A program made the translations under genes and the position numbers. From assembly GCA_033442325.1 (NCBI GenBank), contig JAWQFM010000034.1:124001-188000 (forward strand): a stretch of 64,000 nt of DNA, written 5' to 3'. The notes below the pieces were generated by a model. It had not been told where the DNA came from, did not search any database, and worked only from the letters and a program-made list of their open reading frames with translations. This DNA comes from Salpingoeca rosetta. Lineage: Eukaryota > Protista > Choanoflagellata. This document shows positions 23,025 to 40,542 of this stretch, piece by piece (the stretch's first letter is position 1; every line of letters starts with the position of its first letter).

Positions 23025-24515
23025 CACACAAGTACGAACCAAGTCACGCGCGAGGGTACGTCAGTATGGATGGGTGAAACGAACACAATTGGGCGATCCG
23101 AAATCAAAGCGAAAAGATGATACAGCGCCACACAAGAGCACACCATGACCATCACTACCCCCCCCCCTTCCCAAAAAACAATCATCACCACCATCACGCG
23201 TGGTGCGCGCTCACCTCGCGGGCGACGTTGCTGGTGCGGACCTCCTGCAGCACGTTACCGACGCACACGTAGTCGATCAGCGACTTATCAATGGCCGTGC
23301 GCTTCAGCAGAGCCCTGGTGTGCACAACCATGAGGTAAGATGGGGTGAGATTTGACATGAGCGATGATATGGAAATGAGATGCGGTGTCGTGGGTCCAGG
23401 AATGATGATATGGCGTGGGGATTGAGTGCGTGTCGAGGGATTTGGGCTTCATGCAGCATGATCAACTCAACACACTCAACGAAGACGGACACAAAGACAT
23501 TCGCACAAACACACGGTTACAAATGCACGCTGACAACCCACGCACACACACGCACGCACGTAGGAGTACTCACTTGAGGGCCTCGCGGGAGAGGTCGTGG
23601 CACTGCATGTCATTGTAGCTGGGGGCGGGCACGACGCACGACACAAGGGCAAGGTAAGGGAAGCGGTGAACAGTGGTGAGAAAGAAGCAAACAAAAGGGT
23701 AAGAAGGCAGGCAAGCACATCCAGTACGGACACGCGCACAACCACGCATTGCAGAGAGAAGAGGAGACTCACTCGGTGCCGGACATGAGGAAAGGGGTGC
23801 GCACACCCTCAATCAGGGCCACCCGCGGCCCAGCGGCCTTGACTGGAAACGGAGACAAACAAACAAACACACAACCAAGCAGTGTGAGAGCGCGTGTGCA
23901 TGTGTCAGAGTGTATTCGTGCATTGCGTTCAAGGACTGGGATACATATGGTTGTTAGCAAGCAGCCCAGCAAACACACTCTTCCCAGTATGGACAAATAC
24001 AACCGAAAACAAGCAAACAAACAAACAAGCACACATCACAGACACATGCACAGACACACAATCGCACACAAACATTGGTGCAACTCAACGACTCACGGGA
24101 AGCGGTGCGACGCTGGCCATGTGTGTTGACACCTGTGGTGTGTGCGTGCAGGGATGATGTGGAAACAAATGAGGGGAGGGGGAGCAGTGAAGCACCGTGA
24201 GACACAAGGGTTAGACACGGTTGGTATTGTTGCCGCTGTTGCTGCTGTGGTTTCCTCGCTCAACTGATGCAGGGTGGCGCGATTGCGATTTGGCAGCAAC
24301 AAAGGCAAAACACAAACACATCATCAAACACACACACAAAGACACACAAACGCAAACATCACCCGTACGCCCATGCACGACCACCCACCCACACACACAT
24401 ATACACACAAGCACGCAAAGACAGAGAATAACCACAGCCACCACTCACGGGCAGACGCAGCAGTGAGACGGGGGAGAACAGCCGATGTGGTGGCTGCGGC
24501 ACGTTGAGACAGCAT
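20007..24515 (-). CDS. HADHB: Mitochondrial trifunctional protein beta subunit (3-ketoacyl-CoA thiolase)
   Basis: Presequence-like start [17 protein letters not shown]. Exon motifs [107 protein letters not shown]. The FHEAF and CAAGG variants are typical of HADHB. The catalytic-Cys exon presumably lies in the gap at 22672-22827. Confidence 0.9.
22672..22827. other. Assembly gap (156 N) inside the thiolase gene
   Basis: Run of N. Confidence 1.
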
Positions 24516-24718
24516 AGCTGGTTGTTGGTGTTGGCGGTTCAAAGGTGTTGCTGTATTGGGGGGTTCAGTGGAGTTTGTGACAAGACGACAATTGTTTATA
24601 GCTTCCAGTAACTTTCCGTGGAGAGGAAAAGAGGGCTGAGAACAACAAGCACTGCATGAGTGCACCACGAATTACATGAGACAATTGAACAACACGGCAG
24701 CGCATCACGCTTCACAGC

Positions 24719-24875
<157 letters not shown>

Positions 24876-24891
24876 CTGTAACACAACCCAC

Positions 24892-26584
24892 GATATCTGG
24901 CCGCGGTGGTGGGTGCTGTGGTTGACAATGTGGACCATGATATCAGAGCGAACGGATGAATAGGAGTTGCCTGCAACAAAACACACACACAACGTGTTAA
25001 GATTGAACACCAGAACTATGTGACGTGCAGGCGGCGAGGACCAACAACACTGCTCGCGCACACCAACACTCACATTGTGCTTGCATGCGTTCACTGGCAC
25101 ACGCACACTGACACACACAAACACAACACACACACACACACATCTTCATACACACACGCACACATCTTCATACACACCCATACAAATCCATGTACATTCA
25201 CACACCCTTTGTGTCCTGGTAGGAGAACGACTGCTCCAGCTCATCATCAGACAGGGACTCGATCAAGCCAACCCACCTGATGATATCCGCAGCACAGCGC
25301 GCACAAGAGGTGGTGAGTGTGAAAATGGAACCCGGGTGTGACAATCAGCCATGCATATGGCAACAGAACAACAGCGGGCAGAGCTCGTGCACGCACATCA
25401 ACCGACGCAACGAAGAAGCAGCACACGAAAAGCAAACATGCAAGCCAATACACACACGCGCGCGCACGCACAAGCATACACATACACAAACAAGCCATAC
25501 AACCACACATCCACACACACACACACACACATCCAACAACGCACGAGTCGTGTTCGTGCTGCAGCTCCTTGGCAAGATCTGCTGGATCAAACACCGTCTC
25601 CCACGGTGATGAGGTGTCGCCTGAGCATGGTCAAGGTGATGCATGTGCACGTGAGGAAAGGGGTAGCAGCGGACTGCGACGTCCATGCAAATACACACAT
25701 AAACACACATAATGTAAACACATGAACACACATAAACACACACACAAACACACACACACACCTGGTGCGGCGTAGGGAGTCTTCCATAGGTGATTGTACT
25801 TGGAAACATCGCCACCTATGTGTGTGTGTGTGAGGTGGTGAAGGCCATGCAGGATTGAGTGGATGATGAGAAAGAAGAAATGGCAGTGGGCTTCAGCCAG
25901 GTGAAAGCTAAGGCGTGAGCATCACACCACGCCTTGCAGCTGCAATAAGGGCATTCGTTCACTGCACACACCTGTCATTCGCAGGAACCACAGCCTTGAG
26001 CCGAGGATGATGTGCGAGAGCGTTCCATGCATGGACCTTGAGCGGCAACCAGCAAGACACAGAAGAGGTACATCGTTAGTCCGCTGGTGTTTGCTCTGCC
26101 AGGCAGACTGACTCACTGACTGATTCACACAAACACACAGTTGCACGTACACACACACACAGTTGTACACACACAGTTGCACACACACACACACACAGTT
26201 GCACACACACACAGCATCTTCACAACGAGTTGTGCCGTACCGCATGCAAAGGCTGTCGCTGTGGTCATCCTCCGCTTTCACCTGTCAAATCAAGTGAAGG
26301 GTCAAAGGTCAGTTCAAAGACCATGCACTGCCTACAAGACACAACGACAAACAAAACAGACTCACACTTCACGACGCCACAAATCGAACACAGCAGTCTC
26401 CCAACAACATAGGCGACACGGCACACTTCCTTCTTGCTTTGCTTGTCCACCAGACAGACCAAACTAACAGTGCCTCCTCCTTGCACACCTGCGCCATGCA
26501 GTGCAGGATCTTGGTATTTGCCCAGTGGTTGTACGCAAACAGGCGCTGCAACTGCCTCCGCAGCGCACTCCTACGAACACTCAT
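24892..26584 (-). CDS. DinB/YfiT-superfamily protein (putative metal-dependent thiol S-transferase fold); terminal exon unresolved
   Basis: Phase-consistent exons 26584-26489, 26281-26241, 26036-25972, 25815-25762, 25620-25545, 25276-25206, 24970-24892. Motifs [38 protein letters not shown]. Confidence 0.85.
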
Positions 26585-27205
26585 TGGTGCGCAGCTTCCA
26601 GTTCCACCAGCTGTACGCGACAGCATAAAATATACACCTCTTGTCTTGCTTCTCGTTTGGCGGGAAATGTGTCCTGCTGGTTGCGCGGGAACACAAGTCC
26701 AAGTCCTCAAACCATAGAAACCATGCACCCTCCTCCTCTCAACCACCACACATGTGCTGACGTTTGTGAAGAGAGACGAAACGACGAGTGCTGTGTGTGT
26801 GTGTGTGTGCGGCAAGATGGCCCTTGCATGCAGGCACGGTAAAGCCGCACATTTGCTGAGGTTCAAACAGACGCTTGACTGCTTGACTGCTTGACTGCTT
26901 GAATGCGAATGAAGGGATGCGAACTGAACGAGTGAGTGCAAAGGCTTTGGGGGGGTCTTGAACTGTGAAGCGAAGACAAGCCCTGCGCTTTCACGGCCTC
27001 ACTGCGTCATGGTACTTGCAAGGCATCCATCTCTTTCCCTTCCATTTCCCCTCCCTTCCCTTCTCTTCCTTCCCTTCTCTTCCTTCCCTTCTCTTCCTTC
27101 CCTTCTCTTCCTTTCTGCTCTGCTTTTCGCGGGTCATTTTCAGTTTGTCCCACTCGCGCTCTCTTGTCACTGCCACGCACCACACACGACACGCAAACAG
27201 CGAAG

Positions 27206-31291
<4,086 letters not shown>

Positions 31292-31370
31292 TGGGCGGTA
31301 TTCGCATTCAAGTTTGGGGTCAGCAGGGCAGTAGCGGTGATCGTGGTCATGGTGGAGGTGTGTGTGTGTG

Positions 31371-31480
31371 TGAGTGAGTGAGTGAGTGAGTGAGTGAGTG
31401 AGTGAGTGAGTGAGTGAGTGAGTGAGTGAGTGAGTGAGTGAGTGAGTGAGTGAGTGAGTGAGTGAGTGAGTGAGTGAGTG
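31371..31480. repeat. (TGAG)n microsatellite between convergent genes
   Basis: About 27 units. Confidence 0.95.
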
Positions 31481-31845
31481 TGTGTGTGTTTGTGTGTGTG
31501 TGAGTGTGTGAGTTAGTGAGAGAGAGAGTGTGTGAGTGAGTTAGTGAGTTAGTGAGAGAGAGTGTGAGTGAGAGAGTGAGTGAGTGAATGAATGATTGAG
31601 TGAGTGTGGTGTTGGACGATACAGCAGAAGGAATGTCGAGTCGTTTATTGCGAGAAATTAAAGAGAAAGAAGTCAACTGCAGTGGACGCAAGCACCAGGG
31701 CACAGAGAGCAAATCCAGCATGCACACAAACACAGACACAGGCATACACACATACAACACATACACTCACACACACACAAACACATAGAACACACAAACA
31801 CACACACACACACACACAAACACATAGAACACACACATGACCCCA

Positions 31846-32701
31846 TCAGCTGGCCTCCCCCTGCTCCTGTGCGGCGCCACCGCAGCTGGCCTCCTGCAAG
31901 ACAAGCTCAATCACCCTGAGGCTGATCAGCTCCATGTCGGCGTTCAGCAGCAGCTTGTGCTTCGCTCGTGCGTGTGCAAGATAGTCCTCCACGCGCGCAA
32001 ACCGGTCGTGACAGGAGTAGTGCCGACATATGAACGGCATCTCGCTCAGGTGCACGGCAATGTGCTGCCTAAAGGCCTCGAATGTCTTGAAGTTGCCCCG
32101 GCGACACGAGGGGCAGCACGTGTTGCGCACGTGGCAATTGGTGATGTGCACGCTGTGTCGACCAATCCCCTTCTGCACACGCCCGCACCTGCGGCAGAGG
32201 AACGCGCGGAACCCAGGGTGGTTGTCGCGAAAGTGCTCGGCCATGTCTTCAATGGCACTCAGCTCTTCCGAGCACACGTAGCATGTGCGCGACATGTGTG
32301 CTCGGAGCTGCTGCTGTTGCTGTTTGCGCCTTTTCTTGCACACGAGCAAAGAATCTGGCTCGACAGCCACCAGCTCAACATCCTCGGCAATTGCCTGCGT
32401 CGGGTTGTCGTGACCAGGGTAGAAGGCACGCGGGCGTGCGCTGCGACCGCCAAGACGGTAGTCGGTAACAACCTTGCAACCGCTGCTCGTGTTAGCTTGG
32501 CCTTGCGCGTCGCTGCCTTGTGCAGTGTCGCTCATCACTGCGGGTGCCTTCCCATCACCGCCGTGAGCAGCAGCAGCAGCAATAGCAGTAGCAGCAGCAG
32601 GAGCAGTAGCATGCTTGTCCTTGCCCTCATCATCCTGTTCCTCCGCGTCAGCGGCATCCTCCTCCTCCTCCTCCTCCTCCTCCTCCTCCTCCTCCTCCTC
32701 C

Positions 32702-32736
<35 letters not shown>

Positions 32737-33381
32737 GTCGTCGTCATCATCGTCGTCATCACTGTCCACCTTCTTGTCAATGGTGCTGCTCCACAATGCA
32801 TCTTCATCGTGATCGCCACCGTCACCGTCATCACCTTCATCACCAGCCCCCTCCAGCACCACCTTGGAGCGTCGCTTTCGCTGCATGTGTCTGGCCTGTC
32901 TCAGCGACGTTGCGCCACAGCGCCACAGCAGAAACACCTTGTGTCGCAGCTTCCGGTTTGCCTCCTGTATCAGGGGCTGCACCTCCTCCCCTGTTCGCCA
33001 CGCAAACCCATCGTCATATCCGCCGGTGGCAAACTCATCCACACCCTCCACGTCCTCGATTGTGTCGGGCTCAATGTTGCGCACAAGCTCGTCCATGTGT
33101 GCGCGTGTGTGGTGTTCGCGCACGCGCAAGAGCGACGATGCCCCATACAGGCACATGCAGCAGTGGTAGGGTCGCACCGGCAGCAGGTTCGCCTCACGCA
33201 GCAACTGTGTCAGCAGCTCGGGTGACCGTGGTTTGAGGTTGCTCTTACCACCATCAGGATTCCTACTTGGCTTATCACCACCACCACCGCCGCCGCCACC
33301 ATCACCTCCACCGTTCTCGTTGCCTTTGCGTGTCTCATTTTTGTCGGCCGTCTCCTTGCCTGCAGCATTCTTGTCTCTTTC

Positions 33382-33463
<82 letters not shown>

Positions 33464-33954
33464 GCTGTGCGATGGGCAGCGTCGAGGCGTGCTTGCTGCA
33501 CTATCGCATCCACGAGCGCGTTCACCGTCTTTCGCGGAACGCCGATGTTTGTGGTGCTGTATTGTGCGGTGCTCGGCGACGAGCAGTTCGTCGTTGGCCT
33601 GTCTTGGGTCTTGGCACGTTTGAGTCGTGGCCAGCCATCGCCGCTGCTCCTGTGGGCGCCGTGGGGCGTTGTGTTGGGCTGTGCTGCTGTCTCCACTTCT
33701 GCCACTTGTTCCTTGTGTTGATGTGTGTCGTCTAGCCATGCGTGCCAGCACTGCCGCACTTGCTTGTCAAACTCCGCCAGCTCTTCAGCCAGCTGGGCCT
33801 TGCGCCTCCTGACAGCGCACGTGCGTCGACGCCGCAGCTCAATCGGGTCAACAAGGCGCTGTTCCAACGGCAACACGGACAGGGACTTAGGCCTCTTCAT
33901 CAACGGTGGCACGTATGGCGTTAGCGGCACATGTGCAACGTGGTGCACCGTCAT
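31846..33954 (-). CDS. C2H2 zinc-finger protein (about 5 fingers) with poly-Q and poly-D/E tracts
   Basis: Single long ORF with fingers CCMC..HTRAH, CYVC..HFRDNH, CRRC..HITNCH, CPSC..HIAVH and CRHYSC..HARAKH. A short upstream exon near 34190-34230 is possible, so the start is uncertain. Confidence 0.8.
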
Positions 33955-34504
33955 CTTGGTGCCGTTGGGCGCGGCACATTGCGGAAAAATATTTGAAAAT
34001 AAAGCAAATATTCGCAGATGGAAGAGGAGACACAACAGCGCATTCTGCTTCGTCTGCCTGCTTGTCTCTCTCCTCACACACACACAGACACACACACAGA
34101 CACACACACAGACACACACACAGACACACACACAGACACACACACAGACACACACAGACACACACACACACACACACACACACCTCACGCGCTTCCGCAT
34201 GGTGTTGTAACGCAGCAACATCGTTCATTCTTTCATTTAGTTAGGAGGGCAGAAGCAACAACAGCGGGCGGGGTCAGTCAAATACTCAACAATCGGGTCA
34301 GTCAGAGAAATGGGGAGGGGAAACAAGGCAATCAGCCAGAACAAGGCGAGAAGCAGGTGAGGAACAATGGAAGGGTGTCATGTAACGGAGAGCACCAGCA
34401 ACCAGTCGTGTGAGTGCAGCAGCGAAGGGTTGTTTGAGTGCAGCAGCGATCAGCCGTGTGAGTGCAGCAGCGCGTTTTCATGCTCTGACAGAGACACACA
34501 TGCA

Positions 34505-34566
<62 letters not shown>

Positions 34567-34633
34567 TCACGAGCCGCCGGCTGGGATTAACAACAACAGC
34601 AGCAGCGTGTGTGCTTGGAGATCAGTTCAGGAG

Positions 34634-35398
34634 TCAGGCAGGGATGCTCCAGGAGAGGTAGGTGGGCTGATGGGTCCACGTGCGGTGCATGTTCTGTCGG
34701 GAGAGGTGTGTGATGCCCGTGCTGCCCTTCATATTGATGGAGGTGAGCTCGCGGCAGTTGCGCAAGAGCCACTCCATGCCCTGGTCCGTAATGTTTGGGC
34801 AGTACGCAATCTGAATCTGTTGGCGAGTGACGGGAGTAGGAGTAGTAGTAGTAGTGGTGGTGGTGGTGGTGGTGGTGGTATTGGATGAGGGCAGTGGTGG
34901 GGGTGGGGAGATGGGGAACAAACAGGTAGGCATGCATATGGATAGATGCATGGACAGACAATCACAGACAGACAGACAGACACACAGACAGACACACACG
35001 CACACAGACACAGACGCACACGAGACGTGTGCGTACATGCTTGAGCTTGAGGGGGCGTGACGCTGCGTTCATCTCCAGGACCTCAAACACGGAATCGTCC
35101 GTGTGTGTGAGGGAGAGGCTCAGCGACGACAGCTGCTCCAGCTCCCACACGCGGCACAACGCTGGTGAAGAAGAGGTGGCAGGTGTACGTGTGTAGTATG
35201 CGTTGGTTGTGATTGATGAGCGAGTTGTGGACAGGGGGGGGGGGCATACCAGCAAAGCTTGGCACAGACACATGGACTCATGTCCACATGTACACGTGTA
35301 GACATGTAGACACTCACGCACACGCATTCACATTCACCAACACACACACGCACACAAACACAAACACACAAACACAGATATACAGACACGACACACAC

Positions 35399-35445
<47 letters not shown>

Positions 35446-36001
35446 CTCTCTCTCTCCAACGTACTGCCTGGGGAGTAGGCCTGGTTACGGCTGATGTCCA
35501 GGGACTCGATATGGGGACAGCTCTCCACGATGGTGGCTATGGTTCGGTCCGTGGCAAAGCGGCAGTTTGAGAGGTTGATGGCAGTAAGGGTTGCCCCACT
35601 TCGCATCAGCAGCCGCATCAGCGCTAGGTCGAGGTTGGCGGAAGTGCAATGAATGAGATCAGACGACAGGCAGACAAGTAGATGCGCGCGCAGGCAGGCA
35701 GGCAGGCAAGTAGAACCACATGAAGATAAACATGCAAACAGATGGGATAAGCGGCAGCCAACGTGCACCAAATGAGTGAGGGCTCACATTGTTCGCGGCA
35801 GGAAGGCACTCGTACGCTGGGCGAGTAGGTGCAGGTGAAGGACGTGAGGAGAGGACAGCGCTCGGCAATGAGGTTGAACATGGGCGTGGACACGGGCGTG
35901 TTCCGGAAGACAACCTCGGTGATGGCGGAGCAGGCCAGCTGGTCACACAGCTCATGGTCCAGGACGCCACGGCGGCTCAAGCGCGCAAACACGTCCTTCT
36001 G
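34634..36001 (-). CDS. AMN1-like leucine-rich-repeat (LRR_CC) protein; first exon not resolved
   Basis: Phase-consistent exons ~36001-35788, 35623-35465, ~35161-35037, ~34816-34634. LRR_CC motifs LTAINLSNCRFATD, CPHIESLDIS, IAYCPNITDQG, CRELTSINM; C-terminal LSWSI resembles the AMN1 end. Confidence 0.65.
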
Positions 36002-36161
36002 CTCAGTGCAGGGGAGGAGGAAAAGGTGGGGGGGGGGAAAGGAAGGGGTGGGCAAGGTCGTGTGAGCATGCAGACATGGGTGGACAAGCAGGTGGGCGTG
36101 TAGGAGAACCAAAGCACAGACAGGCAGGCAGACAGAAACGCGGACACAGACACAGACAGAC

Positions 36162-36238
<77 letters not shown>

Positions 36239-36363
36239 ACCACACACACACACACACGCACACACACACGCGCGCGCGCATACACAAAAACGCACACACA
36301 TTCACTTCTGCTTGCTGACTACTTTTGATGAGTGCAATTTCCACATTTTCTTTCATCAACGTT

Positions 36364-36451
36364 CTCACCGTAGCTCAGTTGGCAGAGCGTGGGATTGTAG
36401 ACGGTTAATTCAGAATTCCTACGGTCACTGGTTCGATTCCAGTCGGTGAGA
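36364..36451 (+). tRNA. tRNA-Tyr(GTA) with a 15-nt intron (36401-36415)
   Basis: Acceptor stem CTCACCG/CGGTGAG plus discriminator A (C1-G72, the eukaryotic Tyr identity). D arm GCTC..GAGC, anticodon GTA at 36397-36399, T arm ACTGG-TTCGATT-CCAGT; mature length 73 nt. Confidence 0.95.
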
Positions 36452-36455
36452 TTAA

Positions 36456-36460
36456 TTTTT
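36456..36460 (+). terminator. RNA polymerase III terminator (T5)
   Basis: TTTTT immediately after the tRNA 3' end. Confidence 0.7.
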
Positions 36461-36732
36461 CTCCTTTTGACGCCTGTTGTGCTTGTGTTGTCGTCGCGAG
36501 TGCAATGCGAGTTGCTTCCACCACCACACACATATACGCGCAGGTGCTGCAAGTTCACATCAACCACATGCTGCTTCTTCTTTCATTGCGTTCTGGTTTT
36601 GTACTTCTTACTGACCAGAGGGACAAAAGAACGCAACTGAAACAACACAGCCAGCCGCAACCCTCGGTCGCGTGCTGTTTCCAGGTTTCCATCTACTCTA
36701 CTACAACCACAAACTCACGCGCATGGGCTACG

Positions 36733-36896
36733 CTACACCTGAGGCAAGGGCTGTGGGGTGAAGGATGGGGTGGTGCGGTTGTGCGTCAGGTGGGGCCAGT
36801 GGTCGCCCTGATCAAACGCCAGCTCGTCCACGGCCATGATGCGTGGGTTCGATCCGCCAATCCTGCCGTTGTGCCACGCATGATACACGACATACC
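36733..36896 (-). CDS. Terminal exon of a probable glycoside hydrolase family 43 gene; upstream part lost in the gap
   Basis: A cag acceptor is followed by YVVYHAWHNGRIGGSNPRIMAVDELAFDQGDHWP, which resembles the GH43 last-blade pattern (VYHA...R...D.L.[WF]...WP). It sits 60 nt from an N-gap. Confidence 0.5.
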
Positions 36897-36957
36897 CTGA
36901 TTGGCAAAACACGCGAGCGTCAGTGGTTGGTGCATGGGAGTATGGCAGTGTATGGGT

Positions 36958-37057
36958 NNNNNNNNNNNNNNNNNNNNNNNNNNNNNNNNNNNNNNNNNNN
37001 NNNNNNNNNNNNNNNNNNNNNNNNNNNNNNNNNNNNNNNNNNNNNNNNNNNNNNNNN
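36958..37057. other. Assembly gap (100 N)
   Basis: Run of N. Confidence 1.
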
Positions 37058-37240
37058 TAAGGCATTGTATGCTTTGTGGATGTCAACCAGGTGCTCGTTT
37101 TCTTGCTCCTTCTTTGGGTAGTCTTATGGGATGGAGGTTGAAGTAAAGGGCTCCCCCCTTCCCATCCTTCGGGCCCTCCTTTCTTACCTCCCCTCTAGAA
37201 CCACACCACCTCACATATAACCATCTGTCACACACACAGA

Positions 37241-37310
<70 letters not shown>

Positions 37311-37473
37311 TTGTGCTCACTGTTCCTCTGTCGCTGCAAACACGTGTGGTGGCTGCCGTGTGTCATCCGTTCATGATGTGTATTGTAACGCAATCAAATC
37401 AAGCCATGAAGCGAGCGAGCGAGCGAGCGAGCGTGAGTGGGTGAGTGAGTGAGTGAGTGAGTGAGGGAATGTG

Positions 37474-37557
<84 letters not shown>

Positions 37558-37642
37558 GGTCGTGGTGTGAGCGAACGCTGCGGTGTGAACGAAAGCAACG
37601 CAGAATGTGCGTGTGTGTGTGTGTGTGTGCGTGCGTGACAGC

Positions 37643-38741
37643 TCAGTCCTTCTTGGTGCGGCCAATAAAGTCGTCCATGGAATCACTGCGGCGTCAACGC
37701 AAACCAGTGCGCGCGTGCATGTGAATGAGGGAATGCGTGTGCATCGTATGTACAAGCATACACACGCGTGTGTTTTGGGTATGTCATGGATGAGTAGCAA
37801 GCACCACAGTCACAACCACAAAGACCACCACCACGACCCCCTTGTACACGGGGACAGCCACTCCCTTGACAACACCACCACGCCATGCACCAACTTTGCG
37901 CCAAAGAGGTCGACAATGGCATCCGAGATGCTTGGGGGCAGAATGCCCTGCAGGAACTGTCCAAAGTACAGGAACCGCGGGATGGCAACCGTCGCCTGTG
38001 CCACGTGCACACACACACACACACATGGTGATATGTATTGTGTTGCGAGATATGTGTTGTGGTGTGAGGGCGTGTGGGAAAGAGGGCGTTTGCACACTTC
38101 ACGAGCGGCCGGCAGACACACAACACACGCAACACACCACACCACCAACACAACACACAGCACAGTGCATACACACGCAACACATATGAACCCCCTCCAA
38201 CCGCCACGTTCACCACCACAGCGTGGCGGCACCTGGTTCATGCGAATTGCGCGAATGGTGCGATCGACAACGAGCTCCGGTTTCAGAATGGGCAGCAGCC
38301 ACGGCACCCTGATGATGGTGATGGTGATGGTGGCGGTGGTGGTGGTGAGTAGTGAGTAGTGACAGGTGTGTGAGTTGTGTGTGGGGTGGTTGTGTGCAGT
38401 TGCGTCTGCTTCGTTGTTGTGAGAAACAAGCTCCACCCACTGTCACCACCACTACCAACACCACCAAGGCCACCATCACCATCACCATCATTAATCATCA
38501 ACCACCAATCACGCATCAACCAACTTTGTCTTTGCTCCCTCGAACATGCCCGTGTCGATGAAGAACGGACACACGCACGTCGTGTGCACACCGGTCTTGC
38601 CCATCTTGCGAAGCTCAAACCTGATGGGGAGGGGTGTGAATGCGAGGAGGGCAAAAGATGAACGGGCGGGTGGAGAGGCAGGCACGCAGACACAAGAACT
38701 GTAAGTCAAGCACAGGTACCCTCAACACCAAGCTGCTGCAG

Positions 38742-38823
<82 letters not shown>

Positions 38824-39242
38824 CACGACGCACGTGCACACCTGATGCTCTCGTCAAAGCCGACTGCACCGAATTTGGATGCGCAGTAGTCAGCGAGCGA
38901 CGCAACGCCAACCTGTCACAAGTGGCAGCACGTGTCGCAGTCGTGGTGGTGGTGGTGGTGGTGGTGGTGATGGTGGTGGTGATGGTGGTGGTGGTGATGG
39001 TGGTGGTGATGGTGGTGGTGGTGGTGTGTGCATGCGTCGTGTGCGGTGTGTGTGTGTGTGTGTGTGTGTGCACGAGAGTCAAACAGGATGCTTCACACAA
39101 ACATTACGGTCGTCATCCCACGAACTCAAACAACAACAGCAGCCACCAACAACTTAAACAACAAAAACAACAACAACAACAACAACTTAAACAACAACAA
39201 CAGACAACAACAACAACAACAACTTAAACAACAACAACAACT

Positions 39243-39282
<40 letters not shown>

Positions 39283-39732
39283 CTTAAACAACAACAACAA
39301 CAACAACAACAACAGCAGCAGCACCTTGCCGGCGGAACTGGCGACAGTGACGATGTGGCCGTGATTCTTCTCGAGCATGTCTGGTGGCGCGACGCGGAAG
39401 CAGAGCAGCGATGGGTTGAGGTGGCAAGCATGATGCTTGATGGGAACACAAATAGCAAAAGGTAGAAAGACAGACGGATATTGACACACACCGCCATACA
39501 GACACATACACAAGCAGACACAGACACAGACACACACAAAACAAACAAACACAAACACACACACACACCATGGGCGCACCTGGGAGAAAGGCCTTTGTGG
39601 TCCAGAAGTGGGCGATTGTGTTGACCTCCATGGTCTTGACCATCTTACTGTCGTCCGCCTCCAGGAACGGCTTTCCGGTCACAATGCCAGCATTGTTGAC
39701 CAGGATGGTCACGGCACCAACCTGCGCACCCA

Positions 39733-39804
<72 letters not shown>

Positions 39805-39912
39805 TGGACAGGGTTGAGGGCGACGTGCAGTGTGAAGGATGGAACGTGGCGGTTGCGCGCTTGGTGTCGCGGGCAGAGCGTAAATCACGTAAACATCTGA
39901 GTTGATGCTCCA

Positions 39913-39998
<86 letters not shown>

Positions 39999-40459
39999 AC
40001 CCCCTCCCTAACCACAGCGGCAGCGTCAGCGTACCTCCCGCTTGACTTGCTTGGCGAGGGCGTACACCTTCTCACGATCAGTGATGTCGATCGCATACGC
40101 ATGCGCGCGGTCTTGCCCGTGCTTTTCACGAATCTCAGCAACCACTGCAGTGGGTGTGCGTTGGGGGTATGATTGTGTGAGCACGGAGGGCACATGCACA
40201 GGCGGGCGAAATCGACACCCCACATCGATCGTGGGTCACGCGCAACAACCATACTCACCGGCATCAGCGCCCTTCTTATTGACGTCCCAGATGACGACCG
40301 TGGCACCCAGGCTGAAGCGTTGAGTAATTGATTGATTGGGTGAGTGAGTGCATGTGTAATAAGTGTGAGCAAAGGGGTTCGATTCAAGTACAACAAAGTG
40401 TAAACTCGCAGTGGCAGATGCACACATGCACACACACACACACACACAGCACACACACA

Positions 40460-40496
<37 letters not shown>

Positions 40497-40511
40497 CACA
40501 CACACACACAA

Positions 40512-40542
<31 letters not shown>

